A DNA stretch of 63,847 nt, counting the filler, from Choristocarpus tenellus KU-1152 (taxonomy: Eukaryota > Protista > Phaeophyceae), in NCBI GenBank assembly GCA_964200185.2. It is 13 parts of 13 records of this genome, joined end to end, with 100 filler letters (N's around TTAATTAATTAA, not from the genome) between each part and the next. Parts side by side here need not be neighbours in the genome. Positions count along the whole stretch, not along the records: positions 47,192 to 50,575 come from CAXNAD020020403.1; positions 50,676 to 57,791 come from CAXNAD020006668.1; positions 57,892 to 61,182 come from CAXNAD020020998.1; positions 61,283 to 63,847 come from CAXNAD020026722.1; 9 more parts are not named here. One strand, written 5' to 3'. The translations under genes and the position numbers were made by a program. The notes below the pieces were generated by a model. It was not told the origin of the DNA. It searched no databases and saw nothing but the letters and a program-made list of their open reading frames with translations. Positions 49,782 through 63,047 of this stretch are shown here, piece by piece; the first letter of the stretch is position 1; every line of letters begins with the position of its first letter.

Positions 49782-50967
49782 TTTTGCCTTTCGTTGCAGA
49801 ACCCGTCCATGGACAGGGATGAGGGGGGGGGGATTGGGGGAAATATGGTACCTGAGAGTATGTTTTTTATTTGTGTGTATTTTGGTACGTTTAAGGGTTA
49901 GGGTTATAGGGCTAGAACCCTGACCCTAACCTTCTGTAAATATTTTTTGTTATTTTTCCTTTTTTTTTCTCCTGATTGATGTCTTATTTGCGATGGTGTA
50001 CTCAAAAATAATTGTTATTGTTACTACTATTATGATTATGATTCAATTCCTTTTATTTAATAAAGCAATAAAATAGGTTTTAAGAACGAGTGCCTTGAAT
50101 AGGAATGTTTGGTGAGAATATATAAGTTGAAATCGACAATATGTTTTTTTGAGATTTGATGTGCTTCCACAGGGGATCAATCCATGTGTGCACTGCATCA
50201 CGAGGAAAATTCTGAATATTGTTCTGAGATGAGATAGAAGTTTGAGGAAGAGTATCAACCAAATCTAGCCTCTTGGTTCGTGGTGTGAACATTCTCTTAT
50301 TTTTGAAAAGGAACCGATGTACCATTATATCGATGCAACTGCGATTTGCTTTCTTTTTTTTAACGTTGTTGCACTTGATTTGCTGACAGTTTATTTTTAT
50401 TTTAATGCACTCTTTTTTTCCAACAGTGATGTTGTTTTTTCGTTTCACTCTTCCCATAGTCAAGTTTTTATTTTTCTCATGCTGTAAATGCATTTTGTTT
50501 TCTTTTCCTTTTTTTGGCGGGGGGGGGGGGGGGGGGGGGGGGGAGAAAAAAAAACACAAAAGAAATTTTGTTGAANNNNNNNNNNNNNNNNNNNNNNNNN
50601 NNNNNNNNNNNNNNNNNNNTTAATTAATTAANNNNNNNNNNNNNNNNNNNNNNNNNNNNNNNNNNNNNNNNNNNNGGTGGGGGGGAGGGGGATCAGCTGC
50701 ATCGGAGGACTAAGCCAAGAGTTTTTTTTTTTTTTTAAATGAGGAAAGTTGTAGTACAACAAAGGGCAAAAATCTCGGCAAGTGAAACTGTGGCAAGGGC
50801 TACACAGTGGGAAGTTACCGAAAAAAAAGCAATAATTTTTGTGTTGGTTCAGAGCACCCCACCAACAGTTCATACTGTACCAAATAATATTTGAAGAGGC
50901 ACTGGTGCTCCCACATTAGAACATTGTTTCAAAACGGCCTCCCTCTTCCCTGTATGAATATACACAC

Positions 50968-53900
50968 CTGTTCATCCAGTGTTGGAATGACCCCGTTGGG
51001 CTTCTTGTCAATGAGTTCGATGCAGTCCTTATTATCTGGGAACTGGATGAATGTCCACTCAATCTTTTCCCTCTCATACTCCTCCTAAAACATACACATC
51101 CCAAGAGGAAGAAGACAACACGCACCACACGGCAATACATTGGCTGGGACTGTGAGCAACTCAAGCAGGTCATGAAGTCTTTTGGGGCCGGATCAATAGA
51201 CCAGTAATACCACTCAGGCAATACTATCATAACACACAAAACAAAAGTTGAGGTAAAAAAGGACCACAATTCAAGCATGTGTGTGTGTGGTGGTGGTGGT
51301 GGCAGGGCTCCATTGTATTCTACACGTGGAGATGGTACCTAAGCATATGATGACACTGTTAATTTTTGTGGGGGGGGGCTGCATTCTGCACACAGCACAA
51401 GGCAATCTTTCCCTAAAACCCTCCTCACAGCTATCCCTTTCTATTCGCATATGAAAGCCCCGCCAAAAAGGTAACATTCAGGTGGGTTGGGCAGATTGAG
51501 TGCGTACGGGCATGAGAGGGATATATAGCCCTATCAGGTTGACCAATCCAAAGGTTGGGGGCAGGGGAGGGTGAGGGATATTGGAGCAACACTTCATTTA
51601 ACAGTATGCATACTTGTAGACAACTCTGTCCACAAACCGTACCATTCCTACCATTCTCATGACAGATGCTTGAATGACACTGTACAGCATTGATAGTTCA
51701 ATGACATCAACAACAAACAGGCACTCAAACTCAAGAGCCAGCTGCTACATACATCCACTTGATGTATCTGTGAAACCAACCCCACCCAAGAATTCTGTAC
51801 CTCCTCCAAAGAACATCAAATATGGTCACAAACAAATTCACAAACCAGTGCAGAACCGTAAAGTGCACCAACCTGCTCCTGTCTGAACACAAAGTTGTTG
51901 AACTGTTGCTGAAGAACCTCGTTGGCATAGTTGATGAGGAACTGCTCAAAGTAGTTGCTCTGGAATATTTCAAACCCTGTGGCAATAAGTTAATAGACAT
52001 GTCATGTGCAATCCGATGTGCAAGGGAAGGGAGGGGTTAACTTGGATGATGAGAAAAAAAAGGTTTTGAGGGAGAGTGCTTACAACATAAATTTAACAGC
52101 ATTCCAGCACATCCCAATTTGAACCCCAATCCTAAACTGCACCCCCCACAATGTGGAATAGTATATGAAGTCATGCCGATTAGTGGCAATAATATAATCA
52201 TTCATCTATTAGGGTTAGGGTCAAGACCAGAGAGACTGAAAGAAGTAGTACCCTGTGAGAGGACCACATAACCTCTACAAGTCCCAAGAAGGCTCCTCGG
52301 GCAGGGGGTGGGGGTGGGTGGGTGGGCGGTGGGGGGTGGAGGGGAGGGAACATAAAAGGCATTCTGTTTTTAATCAGAGCAGAGACAGGGGACCAGAAAA
52401 TCACAGGAAAAGTGACACTTGACATACACAAACAAGAGGACCCACCAGGTACAATACATCGCATTAAATTAACAGCTACAAGAGAACCAGTGTTATTTTA
52501 CTCACCAAATATATCAAGGAGACCAATAAAGATGCGGTCTTCAGACATGGCCTCTGCCTGCTTGGCTTCAATACACTCATTTGTTCTGCGCACCACCCAC
52601 TCAAAGATGGATGCGTATATCGCCTTGGCCAAGGCATCACGAGCATGGCGGGACTGCTCCTGAGTTAGATAAATAGTCACCTGCATAAAAAATTAGGGCA
52701 AAAGAGTGAGATGGAAGGGGAAAAGGGGATATAATAAGGATTCAGACAAAATGGGAACCTCTCTGCTGGTCTCTACTCCTCTATTAACCACTGTGTTCAA
52801 CCTGAAATGTTTCATTATATATTACAAAATTCCACAGTGAGTTGGGATGGGGCATGGAGACCTACCTGACTGCTGATACCAGCATTGATTTTTCGACTGG
52901 TAAGAGCACCCATGATTGAATCTGGGGTGACATCCAACAGCCGAGCAGCAGCCTCCAGTCTTGGCCGGGTAGACTCCTTGAGTTCTACCAGAATCTCTTC
53001 ATCCCTTGCTTCAGGCCTCTCTACAAACTCCACGTCTCCCAGAGCTAATACAGAGGCTACCATCCTGAATACATTTGCCTGAGGACAAGATGCAAAAAAA
53101 AGGTTCAGAAGTGGAGTTTCAGGTCTGGCAGTACACATTTGGTTGTGTAACTTGAGACAGCAATGGCAACTGCACAAGCGGATGAGTGCTTACAACAAGC
53201 ACACAGAAAGGATACATCTGGAATGAGCAGGGCATAAACTAAAGTTGGAGAGAGAACATCCAGCAACTGAAGGGCATTCTATCGCAGACATTTTCTTGTG
53301 AAAGAGAGTCAAAACCTATCAAACGATCCCCACCCCTAGTGGTCTCACCTGTTCCTGCTCCTCAAAGCCCATGACCTTGAAGGCACCAATGAGCTCTTTG
53401 TACAGATCCATGTCCTGGACCTTGTCCCTGCGGTCAAAACACCCAGACTGGGATGTGAAGTAATGACTGCGGAGGGTGTTGATCTCCCACTCTTCTTTCT
53501 GCTTCCTGGTGGCACCTGCAGCCAGCATGTAAAAAATGTGATAGTTCCTCTCCATGGCTGACTGCTTCACCACACGCACCTTCTCCAGGAGAAATGTCTT
53601 GATTTGAGCACCAGTGAGCTTTCCGTAGTTGTCAAACATGATCTGCTCGTAAGTGGTGCAGGATGTGAGGAGGTCCAGACTTACTCATTTAGACAATTGA
53701 GACAATACACCTGACAAATACCAAGGGGCTAAGCAGGGTAGGTTAGATTTAACCTTACTAGAATGTGACTACTTGTAGCAGGATCAAACTGAGAATAAAG
53801 ATGTTTTCACCGGACAAGTGACGAGACCCTAGCAGAGTGAACAACAAAACTGCTTCCTTGGTTGAATCGAAAAACCACACGAAACCCGTTACCTGGATGT

Positions 53901-54811
53901 ACTTCCCGAAGCGACTGGAGTTGTCATTCCGGACCGTCCTTGCATTCCCGAACGCCTCTAGGATAGGATTGGATTCCAGTACCTGCTGCTCGATAGTGCC
54001 AAGCTCTGTGGACCCTGTCTTGCTGCCGAGGATGGCCAGATATTTCATTATAATCTTGCACGTCTCGGTTTTACCTGCTCCTGATTCCCCACTGACAAGG
54101 ATGGACTGCCAAACAGAACAATGGGGTGAAAATAGTACAGAACTTGAATGGGCATCAGAAGGTCTTCTGGATTCTGCTAAGTTGCATTAACCTTCGATTG
54201 GAAACTTGCAGGACAATGCACGTGCAAAGTTCTATAGAAACATCTCTAGTAAGTGAAGGTGTCCCCAACCACATTATCACATCGCCTACCTGTGAGCGGT
54301 GCTCATATTCCGTAGATGGCGACGTCATGTTACGGTAGGCCTTGTCCGCGATGGCGTATACATGCGGAGGCATAGTCCCCTCATAATCCGGGTCATAGTG
54401 CCTTCTCTCTCCATCCTTTCGGTAGGCGGCTAGGATATCGTCGGTGTAGAGTGGAATCCGCTTGAAAGGGTTGACCGCAAGAAGAATCGGCCCCGTATAT
54501 GTGTAAATGGTATTGGCTAGGTACCTCTGGTTGAGCGAGTAGAGGATGGTGGGCTCGTGCAGGTGAGTTAGACCAGTAAGGTCATGGATCGATTCACCCT
54601 CCAGGGTGGATGCCTGTCCAGGCACATTACGGAGCTTCACGTGCTCCGAGTCATCTTGCTCATCCGCAGAAACCACAAATTCAGCTGTTCCTCCTTTATC
54701 AAGGAGGACCACTATCTTAACCTTCTCACCAAAAGAAAATCTCTTTGATACCGTACCCTTCCTCCAGAGCTCTGGGCCCCCAGCGGCCCACACCTTTATA
54801 CCTTCCTCCAT
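50968..54811 (-). CDS. Myosin heavy chain, 5' part (N-terminal SH3-like + motor domain); exons 54811-54290, 54105-53893, 53642-53349, 53078-52866, 52680-52506, 51976-51873, 51084-50968
   Basis: [26 protein letters not shown]-loop [69 protein letters not shown]. All introns are GT-AG and in phase. Confidence 0.97.
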
Positions 54812-55067
54812 AACTCAACTAGCTCTTCGATGAAGTTCGCCACAGGTACTATTCCAGATGAATACGGTTCAACCTTTTACGGTAGTCTTAAGAAGGGAAA
54901 GTCTATCCACCCCACAACCTTTTTTCGTACCCAAAGAATGATGAAATAGACTAATTGTCTGTCTAGGAACAACCTATTAAACAAACGATGTAAATAAAGC
55001 TATTTTACATTTAATGGAAACCCTTACATTCACCCCTACTTTCAATTCAAACACCTTCCAGCATTGG
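54812..55067. promoter_or_regulatory. Putative bidirectional promoter
   Basis: About 200-260 bp separate the divergent ATGs of myosin (54811) and the focadhesin-like gene (55014, 55068 or 55074). Confidence 0.55.
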
Positions 55068-57483
55068 ATGATAATGTTTGCATCCTTACTGGTGAGAACA
55101 GGTGTTGATCAGACCGAGACACAACACGATGCAGTCGAAAGAATGTTTCAGACCCTTGTGTCTTTGGGAAGTCCAATAGAACGCCAGGATGCATGGGGGA
55201 AGATCTGTGGGCTCCTTAGTGCTCCACATTTATCTGTCGTGTCTAAGACAGTTGAAGGTTAGTGGAAATCTGCTTGCCTGTGCTCTTTTGTATTTACTAT
55301 GCCACTCACTAGAGTGTACTATAATAGAATAATGTTGATCCCATTCCGTCCTCCAGGAATTGAGGCCCTGGTGGGGGACAAAGGAACAATCGACACTGGC
55401 GAGGCCAAACGCCAGCTTGTATCGGCGCTGGAAGTGGTCGTCTCGAGAATTGATAGCGGTCGTGGAGGAGAATCTCTCAATGGAATTATACATGCTCTCG
55501 TGAAAGGAATCGTATATTTGCTTCGTATTGAAGTGGGCTCCAAGACGGATGGAGAGGTTCAAGACACACTTGGGAGTGTGCTGGTTATGGGGCCTGGAGA
55601 ACTCTACCCACCCGTGGCACACGAGGCATTGTGCTTTTTACCCAGACCAAACACCACCTCTGCGGAAGTTGTGCACGTTGTTTGTCCCCTTGCAGCAGCG
55701 ATTCTGATCCAGCCCGTATGTGAGTAATATGACGGAACGTTGCAAATCATTCTCCGTTCACTCTGTCCAAGACATTTCCTGCAATCCCGTGCCTGCACGG
55801 TTCTCTTTCTATATCTGTGTGTCTTGTTTGTCTGTAAGTGCACTCACCCACCCGCTCTTATGTTATAAGCAGACGTCCATCTTAGGAACGGGTTCTTATT
55901 GAAACTGTCAGCAGCCTTGGCTATGGCCCACGAGCATATTAAGTATGCCCTAGTCATGCTACAGATCGAGCTTCAACATCACACTGCCACTCACACCGCG
56001 GCCCATGTCGATATCGTGGGGGGTTGGAGCTGGACTCTAGCCAACACCAGCCTGTCTCTTCAGGAAGAAATAACCTGGGAAAGAGCCTCAGCAATGGTTG
56101 TTAGCAATATACTGTGCCTAGTCCAGGATTTACAAGGTTAGCACTGCCGACCCATCGATCAAAATTCTCTGTATGTCGATATCGTGGGGGGTTGGAGCTG
56201 GACTCTAGCCAACACCAGCCTGTCTCTTCAGGAAGAAATAACCTGGGAAAGAGCCTCAGCAATGGTTGTTAGCAATATACTGTGCCTAGTCCAGGATTTA
56301 CAAGGTTAGCACTGCCGACCCATCGATCAAAATTCTCTGTGATTTCCGTAAGCAAAATATCCATCCCCATTCTCTTTATATTTTCTGGTCTTTGGTCGCC
56401 CCTCGGTCGCAATTCTGACACCATTCCCTACCCTCCCCCGGCTCCCAACTCTACATTTCCCTCCTTTACCAAATGGGGACTTTCCACGCACCTCTATTCA
56501 GAATGTGACCTGCCCATCATGCCTCTCCTGTCTGCACTTCAGCCAATTGTGGCAGAAGACCCACTGTGTTTGGCAGAAGATATTGCATTCCTTGGTGCCT
56601 GTGCGTTGCAGAGCTCCTGTGTTCATGAGCGGTCTACCCTGCTGTCTATGATTGGTGAGGTGGTAGGGGCATTAAAGGACCAAAGAGAAGGGTACAACCC
56701 CCATTGCCATGCCAAGAACCTTTCTGATCCTGAGGATACTGGGCAGTGCACGACCCTTACAGAGTGGTCTATATCTGTGCTGGAATACCCAGTAGTGAGC
56801 CTAGCTGCCACTGGCAATGCCCCTGCCAAGGCTATCCTCCCACTGATCGAAGCGTTACAGATGAAAGGGGGATGCTGGGCACACAAAAAGGCAGGAGAAG
56901 CAGAACCATCAGCAGGTAGTCGTTACAGTGAATGTCCTTGGAAGTGCACCACCTTTGTGCTCGCTCTTCGGAGGCTCTGTGTAATAAAGGACAATGAGGA
57001 GGCCTTGCTCTGTGCCTGCAGGCAGCTGGAGGGAAGAGCGATAATCGAAGGCATCAATCGAGAGGACAAGTACATGCACGGGAGAAGTAGGGCTGTGGAG
57101 GGGCACGAGGGTCAGGGGAAGAGTGTGGGGAAGGACACAGGGGGGCTGGAGCTGGGGCTGTGTGCTATTGTACCGTTGTTGCATCACCCTTCAGGACTTG
57201 TTCAGATGGCTGCATGTCAAGTTGTTGTAGCTATTGCAAGGGTAATGCCTTTGTTAGGAGTCCGTCTACTTCCTCTTATGCTTCACACCCTGAAAAAGTG
57301 TGGGGAAGTTGGGGATGCTCATGGTGTGGATGCTGTCCTTCGTGTCCTGCCTGAGCTCGGGAAGCATCGGGTGGCTTCCAAGGCGGTGAGCATGGTGATC
57401 CATGGTCTTGCAAGGGCACAACTAGCCCCTGTCCAGGCTACTGGTCTCCGTCTTGCTGCCACTCTGTGGGAGATCAACTCCAG
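55068..57483 (+). CDS. FOCAD: Focadhesin / RST1-like ARM-repeat protein, 5' part; exons 55068-55257, 55357-55719, 55873-56136, 56502-57483
   Basis: LLPLMLHTL..VLRVLPELGKHRV..ATGLRLAATLWEINSR parallels focadhesin ILYTLPKLGVHK..TLRLLTSLWEKQDR as I recall it. The N-terminus resembles RST1. Exon phases are compatible. Confidence 0.78.
56005..56340. repeat. Exact 168-bp tandem duplication across an exon/intron junction
   Basis: 56005-56172 is identical to 56173-56340. Confidence 0.95.
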
Positions 57484-57891
57484 GTGAGTGAGAAGCCTTG
57501 GACATGGACAACCTGCACCCTTTAATTCCCACCAACTAGGTCAAAAGTTAGTATACCTGCCTTCATGTGGACCACGTTCTACTCTTTACTGTTGAGTCTT
57601 TGCTGAAGAGTATTATCAAGCCGTTCAGCTCAATCTCATTAATATGAAACTGTGTCCTCTGATATGTTACCATTTTTGTCATGCTCAACAAAGGTAATGG
57701 TGGAAATGATTCAGGACCATGTTTCACGTCTGCGTTATATGTAGTGGCATGGTTGTGTAGTTCTTGGCATAGGATGTTGAGTAGGGGGGGGNNNNNNNNN
57801 NNNNNNNNNNNNNNNNNNNNNNNNNNNNNNNNNNNTTAATTAATTAANNNNNNNNNNNNNNNNNNNNNNNNNNNNNNNNNNNNNNNNNNNN

Positions 57892-57974
57892 GTGAAAGTC
57901 GTATAAACCCCAAGGGAAGTCAAGCCCCAAATGGACAAACAGGCAAACTCGTACCCTCTAAGATACTTTCACTC
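57892..57974 (-). mobile_element. MITE family A end at contig start
   Basis: AAGCCCCAAATGGACAAACAGGCAAACTCGTACCCTCTAAGATACTTTCACTC. Confidence 0.82.
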
Positions 57975-58319
57975 TGCACAACTGATACTAGCCCGTCATT
58001 GGATACTGCCGTTGTAGTGGAGCCAGTCATACACTCCATGCCTGCTATAGATCAAACCACTGAACCTACACACCCATGAAATCGTCTCGTAGCTGCTTGC
58101 ACTCTCAGTACTTGGTCAGCAAGTAATAGATCCAACAGCACGAAGGGTCCGTATCAAGAAGCATCTTGTGATAGGTTACTTAACCCCAATTTCTGATCAG
58201 ATACCAATCACTGTTAGTGCTCTAAATACTGATTCTGCTCCATTAAGTAAAGCTAGAGAGGAGTTACATCAAGCCTTCAATAAGATAAATGCATTCAAAG
58301 GATACCACGTTCAATCACT

Positions 58320-61053
58320 CACAAGTGTCTCGACGTTTAGACCTTTGTGCTCGTTATAGATCAGTATTTTCGTTGAATGCAGCAGAACTAGGCAGATGTA
58401 CTCTAGCTGAAGCAGAAATTCCTATAAAGTCTGGTACCTAACCTGTTGACAGGAACCCTTACAGAGCAAACCCCCGTACTCAACAAGTAATTGACTCGTG
58501 TGTTAATACTATGGAAGAGCAAGGCATCATTGAAAAACGTGCCAGCCCTTGGGGTAGTCCTGTTACTATTGTGGCCAAATCTGATGACTCCCCACGATTC
58601 TGTGTGGACTATAGGTCAACTGTTAACAAACACCTTGTTCAACAGTCTTGGCCTATGCCTGATATGGAGCCTCATATTGATGCTGTCGGGGGTGCAAGAT
58701 TTATCACTGTTTGTGATATCCAGAGTGCATATTGGCAAATTCCTGTTGCTGAGGATGACATTGATAAAACCGCTTTTGTCACGTCTAGAGGCAAATACGT
58801 TTATAAGAGGATGCCCTTTGGGATATCAAATACTCTTTTGGCAAATTCAAAGAATCATATCCTTAGCCTTTGCAAATTTTGCTCCACTAAGTGGGTTGCT
58901 AGTTTACATGAATGATCTGATTGCTTGTTCTCCCACATGGGAAGGACATCTACACTTACTAGAACAACAATTCAAAGCTTTACAAGCAGCAGGTTTAACC
59001 TTGAAACCGTCGAAGATCCAATTTGGGCCTAAAGAAGTACGTTTCCAGGGTCACATTTTATCGTCTGAAGGAATTCGTATTGGTGAGGATCGTGTCCGTG
59101 CAATCACTGAGATACCCAAAACCCACCACCATCAAAGAATTTCGATTTGTCCTAGGTATGGTTAATTTTGTGCGTAAATTCATACCCAACTTAGCCACAG
59201 TAATCGAACCGTTAGTTCGTCTCACTTAAAAATGTGTCAGTAAGAGAGTGGATAAAGAATGGGGATTGGACCAGGACGTGGCATTTTTTAAAGTAAAACA
59301 ATTACTCACTGCAGCTCTGGTTCTTGTATTCCCTGACTTTACCAAAGAATTCATCATCCATGTTGATGCCAGTGAGAGTGGTGCTGGAGGGTTTTTAGCA
59401 CAACCCCGATCCGATAATCCTACAGATCTAGGTATCATTGCATACTCCAGAAAGAAGTTTAATGAAGTCCAACGTCACTATTCAACTACATTAAGAGAAT
59501 GTTATGCAGCCGTTACAGTTATCACTCATTGGCAACCGTATCTTTGGGGTAGACACTTTACCTGCACCACAGATCATGCTGCATCGTGTTACTTGTATAC
59601 AATGCAGGATAGCAGTAACATGCTCACTCGTTGGGCTATTGCTCTTCAACCTTGTGATATTACTGTCAAACACAAGCCCGGTAAGCTCAATGTTACTCCT
59701 GACACTCTATCTCGTATTTTCAAGTTCGAGGAACAGGAGAAATCCGTTGCTCCAATGCTAGCACTAATCGGTCATGATGTGCCTGAAGGTAGTAGTGTAT
59801 TTACCACGCGTGTGTTCAAAAGGAATATGAGTTATTTGCTTCTAACCTTGATCAAGCAACACCCATCCAAAGTGATCGTGAAATATTAACTAATTCCACT
59901 ACTGTGTTTCTTGCAGTGGACCAGGAGCAATTGCGCAAGGAGTAGGAATCCGAGTTCGGACCATATTTCAGGTATTTGCAGTCCCCCAACGTCGCTCCAT
60001 CGCCTGATGAGGAATCAACGACATCTAAGTCGTATTTCTTCCTTCGTAATGGCTTACTGTATCGTTCGTACTTACCAGGCCATCTTCATAGCAGGAGCAC
60101 GTTTAGAGATCAGTTCGTCATTCCTCACTCGTTAGTCCGTCTGGTACTCCATACTTGTCATGAACATGCATTGTCTGGAGGTCACTTAGGTTTCAAACCC
60201 ACGTTCGATAAGGTTAGAGACTCGTATTGGTGGCCAACATTCAATATCGACGTTCGTACATGATGTCGTGGTTGTCAAGCATGCCAAACACGTAAGACTG
60301 CTCATATGAAACCTACGCTTCCCACTGGCCATATGCCGGTTGACAGACCATTCAACCTGTTGCTATTGATTTGGTAGAGTACAAAACACTTTCCCCAGCA
60401 GCAAATGGTGTGATGTGCTCGTATGTCACAGGCGAAGAGCGCGAGTATTTCTTCCCGCGCTTTGACCAGCGCGAGCAGTATACGCGCGTGAGGAACCCCA
60501 AAAGGGGGAACTCCGATTTGCCTAAAAGTTGCAGAATAAACTGTAACTCGGGTAGTTGCAGAGGGTCATGGATGGATTGTCGGAAATGGTTCTCAGATAC
60601 ATACCAGTATTTGCAAACCCGAACAATCCCCCAACGGCAAATGATGATTAGAGTTCCTAAAAACGGTTCAGACCAGATCAGTTCTTCTGATCTAACAAGA
60701 CCCACATATCTCACTCTCTATTTTGATGCCAAACTTTACATACACTTCATACTGATTGATTCAATTGAGAGTACCCCTGTTCTGCTGAGCTGACGTTCGA
60801 TAATCTTTGAATCGGACTTGACTTGTACATCCTGGAAATGTGAGCATTGAGGGACGCATGTAACACGTATGCGTTGTCTGCCATTGATCACCTCACTCGT
60901 TTGGTTGTGCTAAGCCCTGTTCCAAGTAAAGAGGCCGCAACAATTGCTCGTACGCTGGTAGAACGTGTATTTTCAATCTTCGGCCCACCCGAGTTGTTAC
61001 ACTCCTATCAAGGTACCAAATTTGAAAACAGTATTGTTCGAGAATTTCAGTCT
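58320..61053 (+). mobile_element. Decayed Ty3/Gypsy pol (RT, RNase H, integrase)
   Basis: SPWGSPVTIVAK..PRFCVDYR, DKTAFVT..YKRMPFG, VYMND (degenerate YxDD), IHVDASESGAG, TTDHA, HEH..GHLG...CQAC zinc finger, YALSAIDHLTR, FGPPELLHS. Order is RT-RH-INT, with stops and frameshifts. Confidence 0.95.
60424..60865. mobile_element. 442-bp TGTCACA...TGTAACA insertion with 4-bp TSD CGTA (solo LTR or non-autonomous Ginger-like element)
   Basis: CGTA at 60420-60423 and 60866-60869. Excision restores the integrase frame VMCSYALSAIDHLTR. Imperfect 11-bp terminal inverted repeat TGTYACAKGCG. Confidence 0.9.
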
Positions 61054-61182
61054 TGTTACAGGCGCCCCTCAATGCTCACCTTCCAGAATGTACAACTCAA
61101 ATCCAACGACCTCAAAACGATGCTATGGGGGCGTTGCCTTTTACAACGAGTCGTAGGGTGTCAGATAGCCTTCTCTTGATAC
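61054..61182 (+). mobile_element. Third copy of the TGTTACA element, cut by the contig end
   Basis: Close match to 7060-7189. Interrupts the integrase after REFQS. Confidence 0.85.
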
Positions 61183-63012
61183 NNNNNNNNNNNNNNNNNN
61201 NNNNNNNNNNNNNNNNNNNNNNNNNNTTAATTAATTAANNNNNNNNNNNNNNNNNNNNNNNNNNNNNNNNNNNNNNNNNNNNATTTTGGGTCAAACTCAT
61301 CCTCCATGAAATGCTCCATCCTCAATTTTGCCGAGAGGCTGTTTAGTGTCCATTTATTTTTGGTGTTATGTTCAAGATACTCTTGCTATACCTCAGACAA
61401 GTAAATAGGTGATTCATAGTAAATTAGTGTGGATCATTACAAACCCCACACTATGGGAATAGTGATGGTAGTCTAGACCTGTCTGACCCCCACCAATTCA
61501 GTTAGCGGAATTGAGACCACAAGCCACTTGTAGCACTAAATGTTGTACATATCTACACCAAGCTATTCATTGTCCTCTATCAAGGCACACAGCTGCGGGT
61601 CCAGCGTGGAATATTTCTACATGATAATGGACAGCCCTGCTTTCAACATATATTCTATGTAGTACTTACATCAGTAGTATGGGATACAAGATACAAGTAG
61701 AGTGAACAGTAAACAGGTAGTGTCAAAAAATACTACCTGGGATGAAATGTTCAACATGGCCATGTCTATGACCATCACTAATCGACTTTAACGGGGTTAC
61801 AGACCTGCCATGTTCAAGCAACTTCGAACATGGCAGACTTTATGACCATCACTACTCAACATCACCAGTTAATTCCACTGACTGGCCATGCACAACCAAG
61901 TTTGAACACGACTTGAGTCCATGGCCATCAACCATGTCAACATGGGCATAATACAATACGCCCGACGACAGTGGACATATTAAACTGCCTGGGGTGGTCC
62001 AGTGAAAAGCCCCAACATGATATTTGTGCCATCACAAAATGAGATTCAAAGTACACAAAAGACATTCTTCCCCCCTCCTCCCCAATCAATCGTTTACTCT
62101 TTCCTTTCTCTCTTTATTAATCAATTGTGTGTGACCCGTGAGAAAGGATGTTCTGCGATTACGCGACATTTTTCCAAAACCGTTGTGGGATGATGTCAAA
62201 ACGGAATCGTACACTTTTCTGCACACACACGATACCATCCTTTTTTTCCATTGGTTTTTGTTGGGGGTCTTGCAAAAAGCGATCGTCTTGGTTACCCTAA
62301 AAAATAAAAAAAATACCGTTGAAATCCAAATTCTATGTCGCCCGCCTGCAGACTCACAAGAAAACGCCTTCCTGATGTGGTATTTTTTCAGCCACACTAG
62401 CAGTTTATGAACTCATTTGCAACAAAGTATTATCATTCTAGAACAACGATACATACAATGATGCATTTTATTTATATTCAAGAGTCGGAAGGAGATGCAA
62501 ACGGAAAATATATAAATAAAAGATATACTGGCTTATTTATCCCCCAACTAGAAGAATGATCAAAAACGATAGTGGCGTTGATGCAATAACAAAAGTCTAA
62601 AAAAGGAAAAGAGCTTGGGGGTGAGGTGAGGTGGTGTTAACCCTCTCCTCCCCCCCCCCAACAAAAAAAAAGAAAAGTTGCGGACGGAAAACAGGATGCA
62701 ATGGTTTTTCCCTTTTCTGATATTATCTACAAGTGACTTGTGAAAATTGCTGATTGGTGAGCCTCCATCATGGTGCAGGAGAGATCGATTTATCATCTCC
62801 CGGATCAGAAATATAAGAAAGGCAAACAAATCTCTGTCTCTTCAATGGCTGGAAATGCTAACCAACAAGTATTCTTACCCCTTCCCCACCATCCCATCGT
62901 TGCATTGAAGACACTCAATGACCCATTCCACACTATTCCCACTTTGCAATGCACCACCCCTCACAACATCTCCTTGCCAAATTCCTTTCAGAAGAAACTA
63001 CTATAGTGAAAG

Positions 63013-63047
<35 letters not shown>

